A stretch of 24,102 nucleotides of DNA from a candidate division WOR-3 bacterium (GCA_011049385.1 DSBX01000201.1:1-24102); one strand, 5' to 3'; counted from the first letter of the stretch, positions 1 through 8,658 are shown. Numbers and translations: made by a program. Notes: generated from the sequence alone by a model not told the origin.

Positions 1-327
1 AAAATGGCCATACACGCGAATTGTACGCAAAATCCGCCCCAACCTGCTGATGTTCATAGAGATATAGAACTCGGTTTCAACAGAATTGTTGCACACTACC
101 CAAGGTGATGTCGGCTCTGGTCGGGGAAGTGGGAGGAACGTGAGCGGGTGACCGAGTGGTCAGGTGACCGGGTGGGAGGCAGAAGGCGGACGACCGAACG
201 GGGAGGAGCGTGGCAGGGTGAGCAGGTGGAGGGCAGAGGGCAGGACGGAGAGGAGGGTAAGGAAGAGGGTATCTGCGCACGGATTACCGAGCCGGAAAGA
301 GGCCGGTCGGAAGATGGAGATCTGTCA

Positions 328-356
328 TTGACAGCTTCCGACTCGGGTTCTACAAT
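328..356 (+). promoter_or_regulatory. sigma70-type promoter TTGACA-N17-TACAAT; palindrome CTGTCA-T-TGACAG (322-334) overlaps the -35
   Basis: Near-consensus hexamers with a 17-bp spacer, upstream of SD AGGAGG and GTG at 379. Confidence 0.8.
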
Positions 357-378
357 GGTGACGAAAAGGAGGTGCCAC

Positions 379-1077
379 GTGAAAGGTTCGTTGCTGGTGT
401 TCGTGTGCGTGCTGTGCGCCACCGCTTACGGCGACTACGTTGAGCAATGGCGTTCCTATGAGGAACTCTCGCCGACCTACATCCACGTCATCGGGGTCGG
501 CAATACCGACGCCGACCCCACCCCGGAACTCATCTACATCGCGCCTGAGCCCTGGGACCGGGGCTATACCTACGTCTGGGCGCTGGACCTGCTCACCGGT
601 GAGGTCGAGCAGGTCACCGATGAGTTCTACGATATCGTCGTCCAGCCCGGAAAGGAACCGCGCCTGGTTGACGCGACCCTTAATGGCAGACTGGAAATCC
701 TGTTCCTGGGCGCGGAAGACCCCGGCGACGGGTACCAGTGGTATCTGTACGGGTACGGCGCTTCAAGCGCGACCGGTCCGGGCAGGTACCGGCGGGTCAA
801 TGGCCCGCAACTGGTCCAAGGCAGTCCCAATCCTTTGAGGCACGGGATGCAGATCGAGTATCAGCTTCCGAAGGCGGGCGAGGTCAGCCTGCGCATCTAT
901 GATGCTTCGGGCAGGATGGTCCGGGAGGCCGTCCGCGGTTCGATGGAGGCCGGGCGGCATTCCGTCGAGTGGCGCCGTGATGATGCGCAGGGGCGGCCGG
1001 TTCCGGCCGGGACCTATTTCTATGTTCTTGAGTCCGATGGCCGGGAGGTGACCCGGAAAGCTGTCGTCGCAGAGTAG
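379..1077 (+). CDS. Secreted protein with FG-GAP-like Ca-binding motif(s) and C-terminal FlgD-Ig / T9SS type-A-like sorting domain (232 aa)
   Basis: Start moved to GTG 379 (SD AAGGAGGT, promoter). Signal peptide MKGSLLVFVCVLCATAYG; GNTDADPTPELI motif; C-terminal PNP...IEYQLPKAGEVSLRIYDASGRMVR...G.YFYVLE...TRK pattern. Confidence 0.8.
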   Translation: MKGSLLVFVCVLCATAYGDYVEQWRSYEELSPTYIHVIGVGNTDADPTPELIYIAPEPWDRGYTYVWALDLLTGEVEQVTDEFYDIVVQPGKEPRLVDATLNGRLEILFLGAEDPGDGYQWYLYGYGASSATGPGRYRRVNGPQLVQGSPNPLRHGMQIEYQLPKAGEVSLRIYDASGRMVREAVRGSMEAGRHSVEWRRDDAQGRPVPAGTYFYVLESDGREVTRKAVVAE

Positions 1078-1094
1078 AGTCGGTCCGACAGATG

Positions 1095-1119
1095 CCGCCC
1101 CGGGGTTCCCCCGGGGCGG
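1095..1119 (+). terminator. GC-rich 11-bp hairpin after the CDS, no U-tract
   Basis: CCGCCCCGGGG-TTC-CCCCGGGGCGG. Confidence 0.5.
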
Positions 1120-1172
1120 TTGCCGTGGAGGAAGACGGAAACCCCGGAGGAGAGGGTTGAGCGCAGGGCGGG

Positions 1173-1201
1173 TTGACCGGCGGCCTTCGTGCGGTTAGGA
1201 T
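1173..1201 (+). promoter_or_regulatory. sigma70-type promoter TTGACC-N17-TAGGAT
   Basis: Hexamers and spacing; ATG follows 9 nt after the -10. Confidence 0.6.
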
Positions 1202-1210
1202 TGTGTCGTT

Positions 1211-1588
1211 ATGATACGCGTTTCTACTTTCCTCGCGCTGGCCGCCGGCGTGTTGTTCTTCGCGGCCTGTCCCGGTCCCCAGAATGCCGCCTCGACCGGG
1301 GTTGAGCAGGCCCCGGCAGGGGCACCGCCCGGACAGGTGGATGCGTCCGACCCGATTGCGGTGTTGACCGCGAATCTGCACCGGCTCGAGGAGCGCCTGG
1401 CCCGGTACCGCGCCGAGAGACCGGAAAACCCGGAGCTGGACCGGGCCGCGAGCCTGCTCGATGAGGCCCGGGCCGGTATCGCGGAACTGCGCGAAACGAC
1501 CCCGGAGCCGGAGGAGATGCCGTTGAAACTGCACGCGGTCAACAGCCGGTTCTACGAGTTCGAGCAGTTGCTCCCGCCCCTTGACTGA
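1211..1588 (+). CDS. Hypothetical helical lipoprotein (125 aa)
   Basis: Hydrophobic N-terminus ending in lipobox-like FAAC, a low-complexity linker, then amphipathic helices. Confidence 0.7.
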   Translation: MIRVSTFLALAAGVLFFAACPGPQNAASTGVEQAPAGAPPGQVDASDPIAVLTANLHRLEERLARYRAERPENPELDRAASLLDEARAGIAELRETTPEPEEMPLKLHAVNSRFYEFEQLLPPLD

Positions 1589-1589
1589 T

Positions 1590-1606
1590 TGCCGACCGGG
1601 TCGGCA
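1590..1606. promoter_or_regulatory. Palindrome TGCCGACC-G-GGTCGGCA (terminator-like hairpin or operator) just upstream of the rpmH promoter
   Basis: Perfect inverted repeat seen in the sequence. Confidence 0.4.
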
Positions 1607-1612
1607 GGTGTC

Positions 1613-1641
1613 TTGATATTCCAGAGAGTTATGCCTATAAT
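1613..1641 (+). promoter_or_regulatory. rpmH operon promoter TTGATA-N17-TATAAT
   Basis: Perfect -10, near-perfect -35, 17-bp spacer; SD AAGGAG follows. Confidence 0.85.
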
Positions 1642-1661
1642 GGACGACTAAGGAGCACGAA

Positions 1662-1799
1662 ATGCCTAAGAGGACATATCAACCTTCAAATACCAGCCGT
1701 AAGCGGACGCACGGCTTCCGGGCCCGCAACAAGAAGCGTAGTGGGCGGGCGGTCCTGCGCCGGCGCCGGGCCAAGGGACGCAAGCGCCTGGCGGTATGA
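1662..1799 (+). CDS. rpmH: 50S ribosomal protein L34 (45 aa; absent from the ORF track)
   Basis: Manual translation [45 protein letters not shown]; position before rnpA. Confidence 0.98.
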   Translation: MPKRTYQPSNTSRKRTHGFRARNKKRSGRAVLRRRRAKGRKRLAV

Positions 1800-1823
1800 G
1801 CCCGAGCCGGGCAGTTGATTCCG

Positions 1824-2204
1824 ATGATGGAGACGCTGAAGCGGAGCGAGGTTCTGCGCGGGCGCCGGGATGTCGCGCTGGTCTTCCGCCAGGGGCGGAG
1901 AGTTCCCGGCGGGCCGGTCTATCTGCGCTGGCGACGGCGGCCGGAGAGCGAAACCGACCGTGACCGCTTGCCTCCGCGCCAGGTGGCGTTTCTGCTGGCA
2001 CGCGGCGTGGGCAACGCGGTGCGCCGTAACCGGCTGAAGCGGCGACTGCGCGAGCTGTACCGCCGCAATAAGCATCGCTTCCCCGAGGGCCGGGACTATC
2101 TGTTGCACGCCGGGCCCGGAGCCGGCGACCTCAGCTTCGCGGAGCTTGACCGCCGGGTGGCGGGCTTCTGCCGCCCCCTGCGGCCGAGGGGCGAGAGCGG
2201 GTGA
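1824..2204 (+). CDS. rnpA: Ribonuclease P protein component
   Basis: RNR motif NAVRRNRLKRRLRE; synteny. Start uncertain (1815/1824/1827). Confidence 0.95.
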   Translation: MMETLKRSEVLRGRRDVALVFRQGRRVPGGPVYLRWRRRPESETDRDRLPPRQVAFLLARGVGNAVRRNRLKRRLRELYRRNKHRFPEGRDYLLHAGPGAGDLSFAELDRRVAGFCRPLRPRGESG

Positions 2205-2509
2205 CGCGCCTGCTGTCCGCGGCCATCGGGCTGGCGATTCGCTGTTACCAGTATACTTTCGGCGCGGTTCTGCCCGGGGCCTGCCGGTTCGAGCCGAGTT
2301 GTTCGAACTATGCGCTCGAGGCGGTCGAGAGGCACGGCCCGGCCCGGGGATGCGTGCTGGTGTTGAGACGGCTTGCGCGCTGTCATCCTTTCGGCGGCTC
2401 CGGGTTTGACCCGGTGCCGGAACGGCGCGGCGGAGCGGACCTGGAGTGCGGAGAGATTGGGAGTGGAATGCGGGCCGTGCAGACGGCAGAGGAGAAGACG
2501 ACCGGATGA
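2201..2509 (+). CDS. yidD: Membrane protein insertion efficiency factor YidD
   Basis: CRFEPSCSNY and RCHPFGGSGFDPVP motifs; synteny. Confidence 0.95.
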   Translation: MTRLLSAAIGLAIRCYQYTFGAVLPGACRFEPSCSNYALEAVERHGPARGCVLVLRRLARCHPFGGSGFDPVPERRGGADLECGEIGSGMRAVQTAEEKTTG

Positions 2510-4125
2510 ACAAAGACACGCTCCGGATGGCCATCGGCTTCGCGGTTATCGTTGGCATCTTGATAATCTGGCAGATTGCCTTCCGTCCGACGCCGCCCGC
2601 GCCCGCGCCGGTCGCGGCCGAGGCGACGCCCGGTGAACCGGCGGCGGAGACCGCGCCCCCGGTCCTGACGCCCACGCCCGTCGAAGCCGAGAGCCCGCCC
2701 GAGCCGTCCGCGCCCGCGGCCTTCGCTTTCGAGCCGGCGCCGGACACGACGGTCACGCTCGAGAACGACGTGCTCCGGCTGACCTTTTCTTCGACCGGCG
2801 GGGCGTTGCGCTCGGCCTGGCTGAAGGAGTACGATGCCGAGCTGGTGCCCGAGGGTGCCCTGCTCTTTTCCGCCGGGCTTGAGACGCCCGATGGCCGCGT
2901 CGGACTGGCCGAGGCGCCCTTCCGGGTCCGGGCCGAGAGGATGAGCGTGACGTTTTCGGTCGGCGATGACTCCTTCGGCCTGGAACGGACGTTCACGCTC
3001 GATACCGGCTACACCGTCCGGCTGGCCGGCGTCGCGCGGGGTGCAACCGGCATCGCCCTCGACTGCCCGGCCGGTATCGCGGTGACCGAGGAGAACGTCA
3101 AGGAGGACCTCACCCACTTCCATTTCTATTCGCGCAGTGCGGGCAAGGTCCGGACCCGGACGGTGCGCAACCTGAAGGAACCGGTTGCCGATACCGTGCC
3201 GGTGGACTGGGTCGGGTTCAAGAACAAGTATTTCTTCGTTGCCGCGTTCGATACCGCAAACGGCTTCGATTCGATGCTGGTGAGCGCGGTGGGCGAGGAC
3301 CGGATTGCGGTCAGCGCGGTCGCTTGGGCCGGGGAGACGGAGGCGACGCTCTACCTCGGGCCCCTGGAGTACAACCGCCTCAGCCGCTTCGGGCTCGGGT
3401 TCGAGGGCGCGGTCAGCCTCGGCTTCGTCAAGCCGGTTGCGCTGGCGATTCTCTGGCTGCTCAACTTCCTTTACCGCATCTTCGGCAACTGGGGCCTGGC
3501 CATCATCGTCTTCGCCATCATCATGAAGGCGCTGTTCTACCCGCTGACGCGGACCCAGACCGGCCAGATGCGGCGGATGCAGCAGCTCCAGCCCAAGCTC
3601 AAGGAGCTGAAGAAGAAGTTCAAGGACGACCCGCAGGCGCTGAACCAGGAGACGATGCAGCTCTACAAGCTGTACAAGATAAACCCGCTGTCGGGCTGTC
3701 TGCCGATGCTGGTCCAGCTCCCGGTTTTCTGGGCGCTCTATTCGGTGTTGCGCAATTTCATCGAACTGCGGGGCGCGGGCTTCGTGCTCTGGCTCAACGA
3801 CCTGTCCCAGCCCGACACTCTTTTCGGGCACCTGCCATTCTTCGGGAACCCGGCCATCGGCCTGCTCCCGATTCTGATGGGGGTCTCCTTCATCGCCCAG
3901 AACATGCTGACCTCGGCCGACAAGAAGAACTGGGCGATGACGATCATCTTCCCCATCTTTATAACTGTAATCTTCCTTAATTTCCCCAGCGGATTGCAGT
4001 TGTACTGGTTCATGTATAATGTGCTCTCGATTGTGGAGAGCCTGATAGGACTCAAGGGAGGAACGCCATGGACGAAGAGAAAAGGCATGAGGGAGGCGGT
4101 TCCGGCCCCGACCGGGAGAGTGTAG
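2506..4125 (+). CDS. yidC: Membrane protein insertase YidC
   Basis: N-terminal TM, periplasmic domain, GNWGLAII, GCLPMLVQLPVFWALY, WLNDLSQPD, FPSGLQLYW; ATGA overlap with yidD stop. Confidence 0.97.
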   Translation: MNKDTLRMAIGFAVIVGILIIWQIAFRPTPPAPAPVAAEATPGEPAAETAPPVLTPTPVEAESPPEPSAPAAFAFEPAPDTTVTLENDVLRLTFSSTGGALRSAWLKEYDAELVPEGALLFSAGLETPDGRVGLAEAPFRVRAERMSVTFSVGDDSFGLERTFTLDTGYTVRLAGVARGATGIALDCPAGIAVTEENVKEDLTHFHFYSRSAGKVRTRTVRNLKEPVADTVPVDWVGFKNKYFFVAAFDTANGFDSMLVSAVGEDRIAVSAVAWAGETEATLYLGPLEYNRLSRFGLGFEGAVSLGFVKPVALAILWLLNFLYRIFGNWGLAIIVFAIIMKALFYPLTRTQTGQMRRMQQLQPKLKELKKKFKDDPQALNQETMQLYKLYKINPLSGCLPMLVQLPVFWALYSVLRNFIELRGAGFVLWLNDLSQPDTLFGHLPFFGNPAIGLLPILMGVSFIAQNMLTSADKKNWAMTIIFPIFITVIFLNFPSGLQLYWFMYNVLSIVESLIGLKGGTPWTKRKGMREAVPAPTGRV

Positions 4126-4655
4126 CACCGACTTCCAGTCCGAGCGATTCGCCGGCGAGGCCGGAGCCCGCACCGGCCGGCCCGCCGTCGGTGCCGAGCG
4201 AGCCCGAGGACGTGATGGTCGCCCGGGTCCTGCGCGATATCCTGCGTCGAATCGGTTTTCACGCCCGCGTTGACATTGAGAAGCGGGAAGACGGCTACCA
4301 CGCCAACATCCGCTCCCGCCAGGCCACCGGTATCCTCATCGGCCACCGCGGCGCTACCCTGCGCGCGCTCCAGTACCTGGTGCGGGCGATTGTCCGGCGA
4401 GCGTACCCGGACGTGCCGATGCTGACCGTGGACGTGGGCGGGTACCGGGTGCGGCGCGAGAACTTTCTCAGGAAGAAGGCGACCGCGGTTGCCCGGATCG
4501 TGCTCGAGACCCGGCGCGAGATGGCTCTCGACCTGCTGACCGAGAAGGAGATGGAACTGGTTCGCGAGGCGCTCAAGGCGGAACCCGGGGTGCGGGTCTA
4601 CGCGCTGGGCGTCGGCACCCGCCGCAATGTCATCGTCGCGCCGACCCAGGAATAG
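4068..4655 (+). CDS. jag: Jag/KhpB/EloR-family RNA-binding protein (KH plus degenerate R3H, no Jag_N)
   Basis: ILIGHRGATLRALQYL KH motif, DVGGYRVRRE; synteny; SD GGGAGG. Confidence 0.88.
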   Translation: MDEEKRHEGGGSGPDRESVAPTSSPSDSPARPEPAPAGPPSVPSEPEDVMVARVLRDILRRIGFHARVDIEKREDGYHANIRSRQATGILIGHRGATLRALQYLVRAIVRRAYPDVPMLTVDVGGYRVRRENFLRKKATAVARIVLETRREMALDLLTEKEMELVREALKAEPGVRVYALGVGTRRNVIVAPTQE

Positions 4656-4659
4656 CAGG

Positions 4660-6009
4660 GTGAAGACCGATACGATCTGCGCGGTCGCGACCCCGCCCGG
4701 GGTCGGCGGCATCGCGGTCGTGAGGGTGTCCGGCCCGCTGACTTTCCCGGTGCTTGACCGGGTCGTGCGCGGCTTTCGCCCTTCGCGTCAGCCCGACCAC
4801 ACGGTTCGGTTCGGCCGGGTCGTCGGCCGGGACGGGGCGGAGCTGGACGAGGTGGTGGTCGCCGCGTTCCGCGCGCCGCGTTCCTACACCGGCGAAGACG
4901 TGGCCGAGGTGTCCTGCCACGGCGGTGACTACATCGCCGGCGAGCTGGTCCGGCTGTTCTGCGGCCAGGGCTGTCGCCCGGCCGGGCCGGGCGAGTTCTC
5001 GCGCCGCGCGGTGCTGAACGGACGGCTCAGCCTGTCGCGGGCCGAAGCGGTACTCGACCTCATCAACGCCCGGACTCCACAGGCCCACGCCGCGGCGCTG
5101 GCCCGTTACCACGGCGGTCTCGCCCACCGGACCAGGGCGATGCTGGCTGAGCTGGACGAATGTCGGGCCCGGCTCGAGTACTACATCGGGTTCGATGAGA
5201 GCGACGCGGTCCGGCCGCGGGATTTCGAGCACCGGGGGCGCCGCCTGCTGGTGCAGGTTGAGCGGCTTTCGGCCGACGCCGAACGAGCCCGGTTCCTGCA
5301 CGAAGGGGCGCGGGTCGCGATCGTCGGCCGTTCGAACGTCGGCAAGTCCACGCTCTTCAACCGGCTGGCCGGTGAGGAGCGGGCGCTGGTCGCGCCCGGC
5401 CCGGGCACGACCCGGGACCGGGTCGAGACCACGGTCGCTTTTGGCGGTGTGCCGGTGCTGTTGAGCGACACCGGGGGCATCCCGGCCCGGACCGGTGGCA
5501 GGCTGGCGCGGGGAGTGGCCGAGAGGACCGCGCAGGCGGTGGACGCGGCCGACCTGGTGATTGCGGTTTTCGACGGGTCCGAGCCCGCGCGGCCGGCCGA
5601 CCGGCGGGTCCTGCGCACCCTCGACCCGACGGCGGGAGCCGGGCGCGAGGTGTTGTGCGTTGTCAATAAGTGCGACCGGAAGGAACGGCTGGGGGCGGGG
5701 TTTCTGTCTCCTTGTCGCCGGCCGGTCATCAGGGTTTCGGCGCGGACCGGGACGAACATCGGGCGCCTCCGCAGTTTCGTCGCCCGGCGGTTCCGCCCCG
5801 GCCGTGAGACCGCGGCCACGAACCGGCGTCACCGGTCCGCGCTCAATGACTGTCGCGCGGCGCTGGCGCGTGCGCTCACGGCACCGGATTCGGCCTGCGC
5901 GCTGGCCGAACTCGAACTGGCGCACGCGGCGCTGGCCGGGCTGGACGCGCCGGCGGACCGGGCGGATGTGCTGGACCGGGTCTTCAACCGCTTCTGCGTC
6001 GGGAAATGA
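4660..6009 (+). CDS. mnmE: tRNA modification GTPase MnmE/TrmE
   Basis: ATPPGVGGIAVVRVSG, PRSYTGED, GRSNVGKS, GTTRD, NKCD, C-terminal FCVGK; start GTG 4660. Confidence 0.95.
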   Translation: MKTDTICAVATPPGVGGIAVVRVSGPLTFPVLDRVVRGFRPSRQPDHTVRFGRVVGRDGAELDEVVVAAFRAPRSYTGEDVAEVSCHGGDYIAGELVRLFCGQGCRPAGPGEFSRRAVLNGRLSLSRAEAVLDLINARTPQAHAAALARYHGGLAHRTRAMLAELDECRARLEYYIGFDESDAVRPRDFEHRGRRLLVQVERLSADAERARFLHEGARVAIVGRSNVGKSTLFNRLAGEERALVAPGPGTTRDRVETTVAFGGVPVLLSDTGGIPARTGGRLARGVAERTAQAVDAADLVIAVFDGSEPARPADRRVLRTLDPTAGAGREVLCVVNKCDRKERLGAGFLSPCRRPVIRVSARTGTNIGRLRSFVARRFRPGRETAATNRRHRSALNDCRAALARALTAPDSACALAELELAHAALAGLDAPADRADVLDRVFNRFCVGK

Positions 6010-6419
6010 TGCAACTGGAACGATTGATTCTGTACGTCCTTCCCGGCCGGGAGGGTGAGGCGGCGGCCGGCTGGGCGCTGGCGCTGGCGCGGCGGCTCGG
6101 AGCCCGGGTGTTCGCGGTTCACGCCGTTGACGACCGGGAGCAGACCGCCGGCGACCAAGAGAGCGAGGAGGCGGCCTGGAAGATACTGTACGAAGTCGAA
6201 GACGATGCGTTCGAAGAGGACGTGAAGCTCTCGTTGGTGCTGGAGCAGGGCGACCCGGTCGAGCGGCTGGTCGAGGTCGTTGCCGGCTATTCGGGCGACC
6301 TGGTCGTCGTGCCGGCCGGCGCCTTTCCACCGGCCGAACTGGTCCGTCGCAGTCCGGCCCCGGTGGTTTTCGTAGGCTCTGCCGCCGCCGAAGCGGCGCG
6401 CGGTTTCAAGGAGGAATGA
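6006..6419 (+). CDS. Universal stress protein (USP) family
   Basis: ALALARRLGARVFAVHAVD, EQGDPVERLVEV, DLVVV, LVRRSPAPVVFV pattern. Confidence 0.8.
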   Translation: MMQLERLILYVLPGREGEAAAGWALALARRLGARVFAVHAVDDREQTAGDQESEEAAWKILYEVEDDAFEEDVKLSLVLEQGDPVERLVEVVAGYSGDLVVVPAGAFPPAELVRRSPAPVVFVGSAAAEAARGFKEE

Positions 6420-6874
6420 TGACGAAAGTATCGGAGCTGCTTGCGCGCGACGCAATCCTGCTCCAGATAGAATCCCGCGACAAGATTGACGTAATCCGCG
6501 AACTGTCCCGGCCGCTGATTGAGAACGGCACGGTAACCGACGAGGAAACCTTCTTCGAAGCGATTCTGCGCCGGGAGAACCTCGAAAGCACCGGCATCGG
6601 GCTGGGCGTGGCGATTCCCCACGCCCGCACCCCGGCGGTCGCGCGGACCGCGCTGGCGTTCGGACGGTCCGAGGCCGGAGTGGATTTCAACAGCCTGGAC
6701 GGCAAGCCCGCGTTCCTGGTTTTCCTCATCGCCGCGCCCGAGGACCGCAAGACCGAGTACATCATGACCCTGGCCCGGGTTTCCCGGCTGATGCGCCGCG
6801 ACGAGGCACGCATCGCGCTGAACCGGGCCCAGACGCCGAACGAGGTCATCGCGGTCGTCCAGCAGTACGAGTGA
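6416..6874 (+). CDS. PTS EIIA component, fructose/mannitol/nitrogen-regulatory (PtsN-like) family
   Basis: RRENLESTGIGLGVAIPHAR with phospho-His; GVDFNSLDGKP. Confidence 0.92.
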   Translation: MMTKVSELLARDAILLQIESRDKIDVIRELSRPLIENGTVTDEETFFEAILRRENLESTGIGLGVAIPHARTPAVARTALAFGRSEAGVDFNSLDGKPAFLVFLIAAPEDRKTEYIMTLARVSRLMRRDEARIALNRAQTPNEVIAVVQQYE

Positions 6875-8658
6875 CGGGAAAGAGGCCGGGGGGACAGGTG
6901 AAGAACCTATACGCGCTCGAGCGGGCGCGCCGGGAAGCCGCGGAACGGGTCCGGGCCCTGGGCCTGCCCGCGGTCGAGGACGACATCCGCGACGTCGAGG
7001 GCGAAGTGGACGCGGACCTTGCCCTGCCGGTGTTCCGGGCGGCGCGCGAACAGGGCCGCAAGCCCTTCGAGCTGGCTGTCGAGCTGGCGGATTCACTCCG
7101 GCAGGGCCCAGGCGGCGAACTGCTCGACCTGTCCCGGACAACCGCGGAGCGCGGCTACCTGAACTTCCGGCTCGACCCGGTGGCGTTCAACCGCGCGGTC
7201 GTGGCCGACTACCGGCGCAACCCGGAGGCCTGGGGCCGTTCCGACGAAGGAGACGGCCGCACCGTCGTGATTGACTACTCCTCGCCCAACGTGGCCAAGC
7301 CCTTTTCGGTCGGGCACCTGCGCTCGACGGTAATCGGGCAGGCTCTGCACAACATTCTTGACTGGTGCGGCTGGCGGCCGGTGGGGGACAATCATCTCGG
7401 CGACTGGGGCACCCAGTTCGGCAAACTGCTCTGCGCCTTCGCGCGCTGGGGCGAAGAAGAAGAACTGGCCGCGGACCCGACCGGCTACCTCTTCCGGCTC
7501 TACGTGCGCTTCCACGAGGAGGCGAAGCAGGATTCGGCGCTGGAGCGCGAGGCCCGCGACTGGTTCCGCCGGCTCGAGATTGGGGACGAGGTCGCCCGCG
7601 AGCGCTGGCAGAGGTTCGTCGCGCTCAGCCGCCGCGAGTTTGACCGCATCTACGAGTTGCTCGGGGTGGGGATAGACTACACGCTGGGCGAGAGCTTCTA
7701 CGAGGACCGGCTCGGGCCGCTGGTCGAGCGGGCGCTGGCGGCCGGAGTGGCCCGGCGCGAGGCCCCGCCCGAGGCCGCGGGCGGCGAGTTCGAGGCCGGC
7801 AAGGAGGTCGTGCTGATTCCGCTGGCGGAGCAGGGCATCGAGACGCCGCTCATTCTCCAGAAGTCGGACGGGGCCAGCCTCTACGCGACCCGCGAATTGG
7901 CTACCGCCGAGTACCGGCTCGAGCGTTGGAAGCCGGCCCGGCTGGTCTACGTCGTCGGCAACGAGCAGGAGCTGTACTTCCGGCAGTTTGGGGCCGCGCT
8001 GAAACTGCTCGGTCACGACGTACCGGTGACGCACGTCAACTTCGGCCTGATTCGCCTGCCCGAGGGACGGCTCTCGACCCGGGCGGGCCGGGTCATCCTG
8101 CTTGAGGACGTCATCCGCGAGGCGGTCGGGCGGGCCCGGACGGTGGTCGCGGACCGGGAGATGACCGAAGCAGACAAGGACGAACTGGCCCGGCTCGTCG
8201 GTATCGGCGCAATCAAGTACGCGGACCTGTCCCAGAGCCGGGGGAAGGAGGTCGTCTTCGACTGGGACCGGATGCTGGCGCTCGACGGTGATTCCGCGCC
8301 CTACCTGCAGTATGCCTGCGTGCGCTGTTCTTCCATCCTGCGCAAGGCCGGGAACCGACCGCGGACGGATTTCGACCCGGCCCTGCTGGCGCAACCCGAG
8401 GAAGCCGCGCTGGTCCGCCGCCTGGCCCGGTTCCCGGACGCGGTCCGGGCCGCGGGCCGGAGCTTCGAGCCGCACCGCATCGCCGGGCACTGCTACCGCA
8501 CCGCGCGGGACTTCTCGGCCTGGTACGCCGCGGTGCCGGTGCTCGGAGCCGAGTCCGGGGAGTTGCGGGCGGCCCGGCTTCTTCTGGTCGAGCTGACCCG
8601 GGCGACAATCGGCACCGGCCTGCGCCTGCTGGGTATCGGGGTGCCGGAACGGATGTAG
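6871..8658 (+). CDS. argS: Arginine--tRNA ligase
   Basis: DYSSPNVAKPFSVGHLRS, NHLGDWGTQFG, KSDGASLYATR, LSTRAG, GDSAPYLQY, GIGVPERM C-terminus. Confidence 0.97.
   Translation: MTGKRPGGQVKNLYALERARREAAERVRALGLPAVEDDIRDVEGEVDADLALPVFRAAREQGRKPFELAVELADSLRQGPGGELLDLSRTTAERGYLNFRLDPVAFNRAVVADYRRNPEAWGRSDEGDGRTVVIDYSSPNVAKPFSVGHLRSTVIGQALHNILDWCGWRPVGDNHLGDWGTQFGKLLCAFARWGEEEELAADPTGYLFRLYVRFHEEAKQDSALEREARDWFRRLEIGDEVARERWQRFVALSRREFDRIYELLGVGIDYTLGESFYEDRLGPLVERALAAGVARREAPPEAAGGEFEAGKEVVLIPLAEQGIETPLILQKSDGASLYATRELATAEYRLERWKPARLVYVVGNEQELYFRQFGAALKLLGHDVPVTHVNFGLIRLPEGRLSTRAGRVILLEDVIREAVGRARTVVADREMTEADKDELARLVGIGAIKYADLSQSRGKEVVFDWDRMLALDGDSAPYLQYACVRCSSILRKAGNRPRTDFDPALLAQPEEAALVRRLARFPDAVRAAGRSFEPHRIAGHCYRTARDFSAWYAAVPVLGAESGELRAARLLLVELTRATIGTGLRLLGIGVPERM

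Noticed and set aside
87-95. DnaA-box-like TGTTGCACA
   Set aside because: A single 8/9 match with no cluster is not evidence for oriC
148-378. N-terminal extension of the first ORF, and similar extensions at 2446, 4627, 10318, 11234, 12324, 14887, 20294, 21652, 23568 and 17673
   Set aside because: Promoters, SD sites, signal peptides or overlaps point to downstream starts
3520-3545. YidC conserved groove Arg appears as Lys (IIMKALFYP)
   Set aside because: A conservative substitution seen in many YidC proteins
7291-7330. ArgRS HIGH motif reads SVGH
   Set aside because: S-x-GH variants are common in Firmicute-type ArgRS; not a sign of inactivation
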